From an uncultured Mucilaginibacter sp. (GTDB taxonomy: Bacteria > Bacteroidota > Bacteroidia > Sphingobacteriales > Sphingobacteriaceae), in contig CAZZVO010000001.1 in the NCBI GenBank assembly GCA_964657505.1, positions 1-58,695 of the forward strand: a DNA stretch of 58,695 nt. Reading direction: 5' to 3'. Shown here piece after piece: positions 19,199 to 28,749 of the stretch. Position 1 is the first letter of the stretch, and each line of letters starts with the position of its first letter. Both the position numbers and the translations under genes were made by a program. The notes under the pieces were generated by a model that was not told the DNA's origin, did not search any database, and was given only the letters and a program-made list of their open reading frames with translations.

Positions 19199-21019
19199 TC
19201 AATCCGCATTAAAAGTTTGCATATCGATCAGCCTTTTGTACAAACCATTTTGGTTGATCAATTGCTGATGGTTTCCCTGTTCTGCAATTTGTCCGTTTTC
19301 TAAAACCACAATTTCATCGGCATTTTGGATGGTGCTTAAACGGTGCGCAATAATTAAGGAAGTGCGGTTTTTTGTGAGATTATTCAAAGCATCCTGTACT
19401 AATTTTTCGGATTCGGTATCCAAAGCAGAAGTTGCTTCATCCAGCAACATAATCGGTGGGTTGCTTAAAACGGCACGCGCAATGCTGATCCGCTGTTTTT
19501 GTCCGCCGGAAAGTTTGGAGCCGCGGTCGCCAATATTGGTCTGGTAACCGTTTTCTGTGTTCAAAATAAAATCGTGGGCATTGGCAATTTTAGCGGCGGC
19601 TTCTACTTCTGCTTGTGTAGCTTTAGGTTTTGCAAAAGCGATGTTGTTAAAAATGGTATCGTTAAACAGAATCGATTCCTGGTTGACGATGCCCATCAAC
19701 GCACGAACAGAATCTGTTTTGATGTGCTGGATATCTTTTCCATCAATCAAAATCCTTCCATTTGTAGGTTCGATAAACCTCGGCAGCAAATCCATCAAAG
19801 TAGATTTTCCACCACCCGACGGACCAACCAGCGCAATGTTTTTTCCTTTCGGGATGGTGAGCGATACTTCTTTTAGCACCTCTTTTTCGTTGTAAGCGAA
19901 AGAAACATTTTCGAATCGGATGGAATCAGAAAAAGTATCGATAAAAACAGCATCAGCGGCATCGTTGATTTTTGGTTTTTCATCAATCAAATCCAAAACA
20001 CGTTCTCCGGCTGCAATGCCTGAATGAATGTTGCTGAAAGCATCAGAAATAGCTTTTGCCGGCCGCATTACTTGGGAAAACAAAGCAATATAAACGATAA
20101 AATCGGCCGCTTTTAGAGCAGAAGTTCCGGCAATTATCAGCGAACCTCCATATAAAACAATCCCAGCCACCATCGAAACGCCTAAAAACTCTGAAACTGG
20201 CGAGGCCAACTGCTGGCGGCGCGCCATAGTGCGGATGATGCGGGAATAGTTATTGTTCTCGGCACTGAATTTTTGCTTGATAAAAGCAGTAGCGTTAAAA
20301 GCTTTGATGATTTTAATGCCCGACAAAGCTTCGTCCAAATAACTAATCATGTTGCCGTAAGATTGCTGCGATTCGGTTGCCTGTTGTTTCAAACTTTTCA
20401 CAATCCTGGAAATGATAAAAGCCGAAACCGGGATCACCAGCAAAGAAAATAAAGTGAGTTTGTAGCTGATTAAAAACAGCATCACCACATAAGCAATCAA
20501 TTGAAAAGGTTCTTTAAAAACTACCTGTAATGTTCCGGTGACCGAAAATTGTACCACCTGCACATCCGAAGCAATTTTGGAAATGATATCACCTTTTCTT
20601 TCATTACTAAAATAGCCGAGATGCAAATCCATCACGTTATTAAAAACCGCTTTACGCAGGTTTAACAAGGTGTGTATCCGCAGGTTTTCCATAATCCGCT
20701 GCGATAAATAACGAAAAAGGTTGCTTAAAAAAACTGAAATAACTATGGTGATACAAACGAATTTTAGCGCACCGTCTATGCCGTAATCGATGGTTGCGCG
20801 GTAAGCGTAATAATTAAAAGTATCAATTACAGAAAGCACGCTTTCTGGTTTTGCCACCACGTGTTGTGTGTTTTTGTTGAATAAAGTATTTAACAGCGGT
20901 GCTAAAAGTGCCAGGTTAAGTGTGTTAAATATAACCGATAAAATGGTGGCGATAACATAAGGAATAGCAAATTTTTCTATCGGTTTAGCAAAAGAGAGCA
21001 GTCGGAAATAGGTTTTCAT
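19199..21019 (-). CDS. MsbA-like ABC exporter (fused TMD and NBD)
   Basis: GPSGGGKST, LSGGQKQR, LLDEATSALD, N-terminal TM helices. Confidence 0.9.
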   Translation of the reverse strand: MKTYFRLLSFAKPIEKFAIPYVIATILSVIFNTLNLALLAPLLNTLFNKNTQHVVAKPESVLSVIDTFNYYAYRATIDYGIDGALKFVCITIVISVFLSNLFRYLSQRIMENLRIHTLLNLRKAVFNNVMDLHLGYFSNERKGDIISKIASDVQVVQFSVTGTLQVVFKEPFQLIAYVVMLFLISYKLTLFSLLVIPVSAFIISRIVKSLKQQATESQQSYGNMISYLDEALSGIKIIKAFNATAFIKQKFSAENNNYSRIIRTMARRQQLASPVSEFLGVSMVAGIVLYGGSLIIAGTSALKAADFIVYIALFSQVMRPAKAISDAFSNIHSGIAAGERVLDLIDEKPKINDAADAVFIDTFSDSIRFENVSFAYNEKEVLKEVSLTIPKGKNIALVGPSGGGKSTLMDLLPRFIEPTNGRILIDGKDIQHIKTDSVRALMGIVNQESILFNDTIFNNIAFAKPKATQAEVEAAAKIANAHDFILNTENGYQTNIGDRGSKLSGGQKQRISIARAVLSNPPIMLLDEATSALDTESEKLVQDALNNLTKNRTSLIIAHRLSTIQNADEIVVLENGQIAEQGNHQQLINQNGLYKRLIDMQTFNAD

Positions 21020-21062
21020 TCAAAGCGTTAAGCCTGCAAAATTAAGAAAATTTGGAGGTTTT

Positions 21063-21149
21063 TGTCATTCCGACTATAGGAGGAATCCTCTTTAAAGCAG
21101 TTGGGCTTTTAAGGTTTGAAGAAGATTCCTCTCTTCGTTCGGAATGACA
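21063..21149. repeat. REP-like palindromic element (TGTCATTCCGA...TCGGAATGACA)
   Basis: 11-bp terminal inverted repeat plus inner GAGGAATC/GATTCCTC arms. Relatives at 31492 and 52689. Confidence 0.8.
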
Positions 21150-21153
21150 GTGC

Positions 21154-22146
21154 TTACTTCAACCAATGTATTGTTATATTTTTCATCAGCTCATTTATTT
21201 CTGCGGTAACTTGTGTAATGCTTCTTTTACCACCTCTTTTTTGCATCAAATTTGAAAATTCCTTTTTGGAAGATATAATCTCAGCTTGTTGCTGAAATAA
21301 TTGCTGATAACTTTTAAGCAGCCAAAGTTTTCCGGTAAGCAGTTGCGGAAGCAGATCGACAAGCAAAATTTGTAAATACCAGCCAAATAAAATGAAACCT
21401 TGTAAATGTATGGCATGAACAAAAAACCGATTTCGGTAATAAATGCTTTTTACCCAATTGGTTGTTTTATAATCTTTAGTGCTGGCCGAAATTTGATGCC
21501 GACAAACAGACTGGTGTTCATACCAGCATTTCCAGCCTAAACGCCAGGCGCGTAATCCCATTTCAAAATCTTCTCCGTAAAAAGGGGAAAAAAGTGTGTT
21601 AAAACCGCCAATTACTTTTAGTTTTTCAGCATTGATTAAAGCGTTTGCGCCAGATAAATAAGCGGTTGGAACAAAATCGTCAGGGTTTTCAGCATAAAAA
21701 AAGCGGTTTGTTTTTAGTTTAAAACCGTTGAAACCTAAAGTCCTCGCTGCATCCTGGATGTGGTCGCCTTCCATATCGATAATCCTGCCCATCACACCAA
21801 ACGTGTCTTCGCGGTCGAAGTAGCGCCACTGATGTTCAAAATAATCCACAGAAAGTTTTACATCTGTATTTAATAAAAGGATCAACTCGTGTTTTGCTTC
21901 GCGGACTCCGGTGTTACAAGTGTGCGAAAACCCTTTGTTCTGCGGATTGGCAATGAGGATAATATCCGGATAATTGGTTTGAAGGAATTGAATAGAATGA
22001 TCTGTTGAAGCATCGTCCACCACAATCACTTCGTATGGAACACCCGCATTTTGAATGGCGGTTAATGTAAATGGAAGATATTTTTCGAGCAGGTGCGCAC
22101 CGTTATAATTGGGCAAAACAATCGAAGTGCTTCTTTTATGCACCAT
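21154..22146 (-). CDS. Glycosyltransferase family 2
   Basis: SIVLPNYNG, VVDDASTD, LLLNTD, YGEDFEM. Confidence 0.9.
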   Translation of the reverse strand: MVHKRSTSIVLPNYNGAHLLEKYLPFTLTAIQNAGVPYEVIVVDDASTDHSIQFLQTNYPDIILIANPQNKGFSHTCNTGVREAKHELILLLNTDVKLSVDYFEHQWRYFDREDTFGVMGRIIDMEGDHIQDAARTLGFNGFKLKTNRFFYAENPDDFVPTAYLSGANALINAEKLKVIGGFNTLFSPFYGEDFEMGLRAWRLGWKCWYEHQSVCRHQISASTKDYKTTNWVKSIYYRNRFFVHAIHLQGFILFGWYLQILLVDLLPQLLTGKLWLLKSYQQLFQQQAEIISSKKEFSNLMQKRGGKRSITQVTAEINELMKNITIHWLK

Positions 22147-23027
22147 TATTTGATGAGCTGATAATTGCGGTATTCGCCGATGCGCCAGCCGGTTAAATCT
22201 TCAATCTTCTGCAAAAGTTTTCTGCGGAAAGACATTTGCTTGCTGATTTTCTGCGGATCGATCAACAATTTCCAATTACTGGCGGCAATCCGTTTTTGCA
22301 TCACCGCCGGATGCGTTTTTTCAAAACGGAGTAAACGGTCGGCATTTTTGTAATCGAAATCTGCTGTTTCCTGTGGTTGGTTTTCTTGCAGCCACGCATC
22401 GTCGTGGTAAAACTGGTTAAAGTTGTGCACTTTGCTTTTCAAGCCTTTTGGCGGTTTTACCCAGCCGTAATGGTAAATGTAGGCGTCAATTAGCTTTACT
22501 TTGATTTTCCGGTCATCCAAACGAAAACCTTGCGCATCGCGGTAAGCGTGAATGGACTTATTGTTGCGGATGATGCGGATTTCGCGGCGGTACCAGCGGC
22601 GCGAATGACTGTAATAATCGTAAGAACCGTAAAAGTGCAGGTATTTAAACAGTAAACCTTCTACATTTTTATCGTTCAGGTTTGCTTCCATTTCCTGCCG
22701 GATGGTTGGCAAATACTTTTCGTGCACGCATTCATCACCTTGGATGTAAAATGCCCAGTCAAAATCAGTTGGAATTGCCTGAAAAGCTTTGTCGGTTTCG
22801 GCAGCAAAAACAGCACCGCCAGCACGGATAGAATCGTCCCATACTGTTTTTATCACCTTAATTTTAGGTGAATTAATTTTTTCAATGAGTAGCTGCGTTC
22901 CATCGTCCGAATTGCCCAAAGCGATGTAAAAGGCATCACAAACAGGCAAAATAGAGGTGATGGCTTCTACAACCGGGTAATCATTTTGAACAGCATTACG
23001 GATGAATGTGAAACCTGCGACTTTCAT
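22146..23027 (-). CDS. Glycosyltransferase family 2-like
   Basis: GFTFIRNA, WAFYIQGDE, IYHYGWV; translationally coupled to the next gene. Confidence 0.8.
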   Translation of the reverse strand: MKVAGFTFIRNAVQNDYPVVEAITSILPVCDAFYIALGNSDDGTQLLIEKINSPKIKVIKTVWDDSIRAGGAVFAAETDKAFQAIPTDFDWAFYIQGDECVHEKYLPTIRQEMEANLNDKNVEGLLFKYLHFYGSYDYYSHSRRWYRREIRIIRNNKSIHAYRDAQGFRLDDRKIKVKLIDAYIYHYGWVKPPKGLKSKVHNFNQFYHDDAWLQENQPQETADFDYKNADRLLRFEKTHPAVMQKRIAASNWKLLIDPQKISKQMSFRRKLLQKIEDLTGWRIGEYRNYQLIK

Positions 23028-23062
23028 TTTATAGTGCCGAATGCTGTTTTTAACGGTGTAAA

Positions 23063-24352
23063 TTAAGCATTCATCAATTCTTCTAGGTGTTCGATTTCTA
23101 AAGGAATATCGGCCATCAAATCCATATTTCCGTTTTCGGTAATCAGGATGTTGTTTTCTAAACGGATACCTAAACCTTCGGCTGGGATATAAATGCCAGG
23201 CTCAACAGTCAATACGTTTCCGGCTGCAAAAGGGGTATATCTCCCGGCAAAATCATGAACATCCAAACCCAAATGGTGGGAAGTGCCGTGCATAAAATAT
23301 TTCTTGTATAACGGCATGGACGGGTTTTGCTTTTCAACATCGTGTTTATCGAGTAGGTTTAGCTTAATCAGTTCCGAAGTCATGATCCGGCCAACTTCTT
23401 CATGATAAGTATTCCAAATCGTTCCGGCTTTTAAAAGCTGGGTTGCTTCTTTCATTACAGTTAAAACGGATTGGTAAACTTCTTTTTGGCGCGGGGTAAA
23501 ACGGCCACTTACCGGGATGGAGCGTGTGCAATCTGCATTGTAATTGCCATACTCGGCACCAAAATCCATCAAAATCACATCGCCGTCTTTACAAATTTGG
23601 TTGTTATCATTATAATGTAGAACAGTTGCGTTGATGCCGGAAGCAATAATTGGGTTGTATGCATGGCCGGTAGCCCGTTGTCGGATAAATTCGTGTATGA
23701 TTTCTGCTTCTATCTCGTATTCCCCAACGCCAGGTTTTACAAATTTTAACACCCTAAAAAAAGCATCACGTGTAATTTGGCAGGCTTTGCTGATCAGCTC
23801 AACTTCTTCCTGCGATTTTACAGCACGCAATTCCCTGAAAACCGGCGCGGCACGTAAGTAATTATGTAACGGATATTTTTCCCTCAACTGCTGGATGAAA
23901 CGCATATCACGGTAGGAAACGGAATGCTCGTATCTGTCGTTTTCGTTTGTGTTGAGGTAGATATTTTCAGCATAAAAGATCACAGATTGTAAAATAGCGT
24001 TAAACTCTTGTAACCAAAAGATGGCTTTTATGCCGGAAGCTTTTTCTGCTTCTTCCTGTGTGTATTTATGACCTTCCCAAACTGCAATGTGTTCGTTCGT
24101 TTGTCTTAAAAAAAGTACTTCTTTATACAGCGGGTTTGGGCAATCGGGGAACAGCAGCAAAATGCTTTGTTCCTGGTCTATCCCCGTAAGGTAAAAAAGG
24201 TCGGCATTTTGTTTAAAAACGTGGTTTTGGTCGCCGCTACGGGGAAATTCGTCGTTAGAATTAATCAGAACTAATGAATTTGGTTTTAATTTCGAACAAA
24301 ATTTGCTTCTATTCGTATAGAATGTGGAATTAGCAATAGGTTCATATTTCAT
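23063..24352 (-). CDS. pepP: Xaa-Pro aminopeptidase (M24B)
   Basis: LMDFGAEY..YNADCTR, HGTSHHLGLDVHD, TVEPGIY, GIRLEN. Confidence 0.9.
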   Translation of the reverse strand: MKYEPIANSTFYTNRSKFCSKLKPNSLVLINSNDEFPRSGDQNHVFKQNADLFYLTGIDQEQSILLLFPDCPNPLYKEVLFLRQTNEHIAVWEGHKYTQEEAEKASGIKAIFWLQEFNAILQSVIFYAENIYLNTNENDRYEHSVSYRDMRFIQQLREKYPLHNYLRAAPVFRELRAVKSQEEVELISKACQITRDAFFRVLKFVKPGVGEYEIEAEIIHEFIRQRATGHAYNPIIASGINATVLHYNDNNQICKDGDVILMDFGAEYGNYNADCTRSIPVSGRFTPRQKEVYQSVLTVMKEATQLLKAGTIWNTYHEEVGRIMTSELIKLNLLDKHDVEKQNPSMPLYKKYFMHGTSHHLGLDVHDFAGRYTPFAAGNVLTVEPGIYIPAEGLGIRLENNILITENGNMDLMADIPLEIEHLEELMNA

Positions 24353-24502
24353 TGGAAAACAAATGCTTAGGTTAGAGTTAGAAGAATTATATTTTTATTT
24401 AAAAAATAAAATATAAATTGGAACAGTGTTTGGTACAACGAATCAAACTTAATAACTATTTTTGAAAAAAAAATCACAATTAAAATCGTTAATCTTAAAA
24501 TT

Positions 24503-25861
24503 ATGAATTATTCTACATTAAAGAAAACAGTTGTACTGTCGATTGCATCTTTGATGGGAGTTGTTGTAGCCCATGCACAAACCTCATCAGATTCGACTAC
24601 AACTGTTGTTCCCGGCTCATCGAAGGTATTTGGTGGCAGGGCGCAGTACAAAACATTAAGCATTGGTGCAAATGCAGGGGTATTAACTCCGATGATCCCT
24701 TTTGGTTCTAACGACTTTACCAAAAGTAACTTAGAATTAGGTTACGGTATTTCTGTTAGAAAACAATTAGGACACGCGTTTGGCTTGCAAGCTACGGTTA
24801 TCCGTGGTACACTTTCCGGAGACGATAGCAGGAGTATATCTGGTGCGAACAATGGCACACGTGATGGTTACCAGTCTTTCAAAACTGATTTAGCTTATTA
24901 TGCAACTTTAGCCGGTGTAGTTAACGTGGCAACTGCAGATTTCCTTCGCAGGGAAAATTCTGTAAATTTCTTTGTTACTGCTGGTGCTGGTTATGCAGCT
25001 TACGCCCCTAAAGTTGTTTACCAAAACGGTACTACTTTTGACTATAAAAACAACGCCAACGGTGGCAACACTTACATTCACGAATTAATAATCCCGGTTG
25101 GTGTTGGTGTAAAATTCAAATTATCAGATGCTGTTGCCTTAAACTTAGGTTACAACGCCAATTTTGTTGATGGTGATAATTTAGACGGTGCCGATATCCG
25201 TTTCCCTACAAAAGATAAATTCTCTTACGCTTATGGCGGTTTAGAATTTACTTTGGGCAAATCCGGAAAACCGAATTTAGATTGGGTTAACCCATTAGCT
25301 ATGATGTATGATGAGTTGAAAGACCCAACTTTACGTCAGGAAGTGGAAGCTTTAAAAGGCCGTGTATCAAATGTTGAGAAAGCAGTTGATGACCTGAAAA
25401 AAGATTCTGATGGTGATGGTGTTTCAGATCAGTTTGACAAATGCCCAGGTACACCCGCCGGTACTATTGTTGATGGTTCTGGTTGCGAAATCAAGTTCCC
25501 TAAACCAGATACTACTGTAGCTGCTGCAACAGGTTACCCTAACATTCAATTTGAATTTGACAGTTCAGTATTGAGAACTTCAGCTTATCCAACTTTAGAT
25601 AAGGTTTCTGCTGATTTGAGAGGTAGCACTACTACAACAATCGAGTTAGATGGTTATGCTTCTTCTGAAGGATCTGCTGCACACAACATGCGCCTATCTA
25701 AAGACCGCGCAAATTCAGTTAAAACTTACTTGGTTAACTCTGGTGTTGATGCTAAACGTATCAAAACAAAAGCTTTTGGAGAAACTAACCCAGTAGCTGA
25801 TAACTCTACAGAACCAGGACGTGTATTAAACCGCCGGGTTGAAATTAAGCCAACGATGTAA
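24503..25861 (+). CDS. OmpA family outer membrane protein
   Basis: Beta-barrel N-terminus, DSDGDGVSDQFDKCP Ca-binding repeat, OmpA_C motif LSKDRANSV...NRRVE. Confidence 0.92.
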   Translation: MNYSTLKKTVVLSIASLMGVVVAHAQTSSDSTTTVVPGSSKVFGGRAQYKTLSIGANAGVLTPMIPFGSNDFTKSNLELGYGISVRKQLGHAFGLQATVIRGTLSGDDSRSISGANNGTRDGYQSFKTDLAYYATLAGVVNVATADFLRRENSVNFFVTAGAGYAAYAPKVVYQNGTTFDYKNNANGGNTYIHELIIPVGVGVKFKLSDAVALNLGYNANFVDGDNLDGADIRFPTKDKFSYAYGGLEFTLGKSGKPNLDWVNPLAMMYDELKDPTLRQEVEALKGRVSNVEKAVDDLKKDSDGDGVSDQFDKCPGTPAGTIVDGSGCEIKFPKPDTTVAAATGYPNIQFEFDSSVLRTSAYPTLDKVSADLRGSTTTTIELDGYASSEGSAAHNMRLSKDRANSVKTYLVNSGVDAKRIKTKAFGETNPVADNSTEPGRVLNRRVEIKPTM

Positions 25862-25885
25862 TTATCTAATTTAATTCATATTATT

Positions 25886-25918
25886 AAGGGGTTCAGATTT
25901 TTCTGAACCCCTTTTTTT
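25886..25918 (+). terminator. Intrinsic terminator after ompA
   Basis: AAGGGGTTCAGA-tttt-TCTGAACCCCTT followed by a T-run. Confidence 0.9.
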
Positions 25919-25929
25919 ATATTTGGACT

Positions 25930-26076
25930 ATGTATTTTTTTGGAAAAAAAGATAAAAACAAGCCGGAGAATTTCAATATCAAGGCAATGCACGCCATTAA
26001 TAAAACTGCCATAATAGTATTTGTACTGGGCATCATTTGGAAACTAATCGACTGGTTTATACTGAAAAAAAGATGA
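25930..26076 (+). CDS. 48-aa small membrane protein, DUF6728-like (absent from the ORF track)
   Basis: Manual translation MYFFGKKDKNKPENFNIKAMHAINKTAIIVFVLGIIWKLIDWFILKKR; own -7 box TATATTTG at 25918-25925. The family name is from recall, not a search. Confidence 0.75.
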   Translation: MYFFGKKDKNKPENFNIKAMHAINKTAIIVFVLGIIWKLIDWFILKKR

Positions 26077-26149
26077 ACCTCGATAAAACAATTCAAATCA
26101 GATTGATTGGGTTCGAGAAGCTCATTGTCCTTAAAAACAAACTCTACCA

Positions 26150-26530
26150 ATGAAAACAATTATCAATACAAAAGAAGCACCGCAGCCTATTGGGCCTTAC
26201 AATCAGGCTGTAATTGCAGGTGGTTTTCTGTTTATTTCCGGTCAGATTGCGATTGATCCGCAATCAGGGCAATTAATTATGGATGATATTTCTACAGAAA
26301 CACATACCGTTCTTAAAAACCTAAAAGCCATACTATCCGAAGCCAGTTTGAGCTTTGACGATATTGTTAAAACCACTATTTTTTTATCAGACATGAATAA
26401 TTTTGGTTTAGTAAACGAGATTTATGGTTCGTACTTTACCAAGGATTTTCCAGCCCGGGAAACGGTGGAGGTTTCAGTTCTGCCTAAAAATGTTAACGTT
26501 GAAATTTCTGCTATTGCAGTCAAGGCTTAA
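26150..26530 (+). CDS. ridA: RidA family enamine/imine deaminase
   Basis: APQPIGPYNQA, FISGQI, FPARETV, VEISAIA. Confidence 0.92.
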   Translation: MKTIINTKEAPQPIGPYNQAVIAGGFLFISGQIAIDPQSGQLIMDDISTETHTVLKNLKAILSEASLSFDDIVKTTIFLSDMNNFGLVNEIYGSYFTKDFPARETVEVSVLPKNVNVEISAIAVKA

Positions 26531-26594
26531 TTAGAATAATCAAGCGCATACTGTTTTTACCTGCCTAAAAAAAGCATCTCCAAATTGATCATTT

Positions 26595-28700
26595 TTGAAC
26601 GAATTTTTTCAAACCCCAATTGAATATTTAAAAGGTGTTGGCGCAGCACGTGCAACAGCTTTAAAGAAAGAATTGGGAATTGCTTCTTATGGTGATCTGC
26701 TGCAATATTTCCCTTTCAAATATATCGACCGCACCCGTTTTTATAAGGTAAAAGAAGCATCAGCAGAACTACCTTATGTGCAAATTTTAGCTCGTTTAAC
26801 CAGTAAAGAAATTATAGGCGAAAAAGCTGCAAGGCGTTTGGTTGCCGCTGCTCAGGACGACACCGGGCCGATAGAATTAGTTTGGTTTCAAGGAATTACG
26901 CGTGTTTTTGATAATTTGGTTGTTGGCAAAGTTTATATCTTTTTTGGCAAGCCTGGATTTTTCAATGGGAAACTTCAGATTGCGCACCCGGAAACTGAGC
27001 TTTACAGCATCAATCCAACAAAAAGCAATGGAAGTCAGGCTCTACAACCAGCTTATAATTCTACCGAAAAGCTTAAAAAATTCCTGCTGGATTCTAAAGG
27101 AATTCAAAAACTTGTTGCCGCTTTGCTGGAGCAGTACGGTAGAAACGTTACCGAAAATATTCCTGACTACTTATTGGACGATCATCGTCTGATCGACCGT
27201 GCAAAAGCTTTTCAGCAAATCCATTTTCCTGCTGATTTTGGGCAGCTAAAAGAAGCATCTAAACGCTTAAAGTTTGAAGAGCTTTTTTTCCTTCAGCTTA
27301 AATTACTCAAAAATAAAATCTTTAGGACCGAGAAGTTTAAAGGCAATGTTTTTGGTAACGTTGGTTTCTTCTTCAACCAATTCTACAACCACAAATTGCC
27401 GTTTGCACTAACTTCAGCTCAAAAAAGAACGCTGAAAGAAATACGTTTTGATACACAGCGCGGCGTTCAAATGAATCGTTTGCTGCAAGGTGATGTAGGT
27501 AGTGGAAAAACAGTCGTGGCGTTAATGAGCATTTTGCTGGCCATCGATAACGGCTTCCAGGCTTGCATGATGGCTCCAACAGAAATTCTGGCTAATCAGC
27601 ATTATCAATCGTTAAAACAGCTTTTAGGTGAAGGTTTTTTAGAGTTTGCTTTATTAACCGGATCAACGCCAAAAAAAGCACGGCGAACTATCCATGAGGA
27701 TTTGGAAAGCGGCAAACTAAATATATTAATCGGCACACATGCTTTGATTGAAGATAAAGTACAATTCAAAAACCTGGGTTTTGTAGTGATTGATGAACAG
27801 CATCGTTTTGGGGTAGAGCAACGCGCAAAATTATGGCGTAAAAACAGTATCCCGCCGCACATTTTGGTGATGACGGCCACGCCAATTCCGCGAACTTTGG
27901 CTATGACTTTATACGGCGATCTGGATATTTCTATCATTGATGAATTGCCCGCGGGACGGAAACCTATCGAAACCAAACACTTTTTTGAAAGCAGCCGCCT
28001 GCGTGTTTTCGGTTTTATGAAACAGGAAATTGCCAAAGGAAGGCAGGTTTACGTGGTTTATCCGCTAATTAAGGAAAGTGAAAAGCTCGATTTGAAAAAT
28101 TTAATGGATGGGATAGAAGTGATGTCGCGAGAGTTTCCTTTGCCGGATTATCGCATCAGCATCGTTCACGGTCAGCTTTCTGCAGCAGATAAAGCTTTTG
28201 AAATGCAGCGTTTTGTAAAAGGCGAAACACAAATTATGGTTGCTACCACGGTGATTGAAGTTGGTGTAAATGTTCCAAATGCTTCGGTCATGATTATTGA
28301 AAATGCAGAACGTTTTGGCTTATCGCAACTGCACCAATTGCGTGGCCGTGTTGGCCGCGGCGCCGAGCAATCGTATTGTATTTTGATGAGTAACCAAAAG
28401 TTATCGAAAGATGGCAGGATTAGGTTGGAAACGATGGTGCGAACAAACGATGGTTTTGAGATTGCTGAAATTGATTTGCAACTGCGCGGGCCGGGCAACA
28501 TCGAAGGCAAACAGCAAAGCGGTGTGCTGGATTTAAAACTGGCAAATTTGGTGGAAGATCAAAGCGTTTTGCTCGAAGCCCGGAAAACGGTTGAAGCCAT
28601 TTTTGAGGAAGACCCGCAATTGCTTCTCCCCAAAAACCAATTGCTGCAACAGCATTTCGCACAAAAAACGGGCGGTTTAAGTTGGAATAAAATCTCCTGA
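26595..28700 (+). CDS. recG: ATP-dependent DNA helicase RecG
   Basis: LLQGDVGSGKT, DEQHRFGV, MTATPIPRTL, QLHQLRGRVGRG. Confidence 0.97.
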   Translation: MNEFFQTPIEYLKGVGAARATALKKELGIASYGDLLQYFPFKYIDRTRFYKVKEASAELPYVQILARLTSKEIIGEKAARRLVAAAQDDTGPIELVWFQGITRVFDNLVVGKVYIFFGKPGFFNGKLQIAHPETELYSINPTKSNGSQALQPAYNSTEKLKKFLLDSKGIQKLVAALLEQYGRNVTENIPDYLLDDHRLIDRAKAFQQIHFPADFGQLKEASKRLKFEELFFLQLKLLKNKIFRTEKFKGNVFGNVGFFFNQFYNHKLPFALTSAQKRTLKEIRFDTQRGVQMNRLLQGDVGSGKTVVALMSILLAIDNGFQACMMAPTEILANQHYQSLKQLLGEGFLEFALLTGSTPKKARRTIHEDLESGKLNILIGTHALIEDKVQFKNLGFVVIDEQHRFGVEQRAKLWRKNSIPPHILVMTATPIPRTLAMTLYGDLDISIIDELPAGRKPIETKHFFESSRLRVFGFMKQEIAKGRQVYVVYPLIKESEKLDLKNLMDGIEVMSREFPLPDYRISIVHGQLSAADKAFEMQRFVKGETQIMVATTVIEVGVNVPNASVMIIENAERFGLSQLHQLRGRVGRGAEQSYCILMSNQKLSKDGRIRLETMVRTNDGFEIAEIDLQLRGPGNIEGKQQSGVLDLKLANLVEDQSVLLEARKTVEAIFEEDPQLLLPKNQLLQQHFAQKTGGLSWNKIS

Positions 28701-28749
28701 GCTTTTTGCAATTCGGCACAAATTCTAACTTTGCTAAAATGCTGTTTTT

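Noticed and set aside
25917-26159. 80-aa minus-strand ORF
   Set aside because: Shadow of the plus-strand 48-aa ORF, which has a promoter box and protein-like features.
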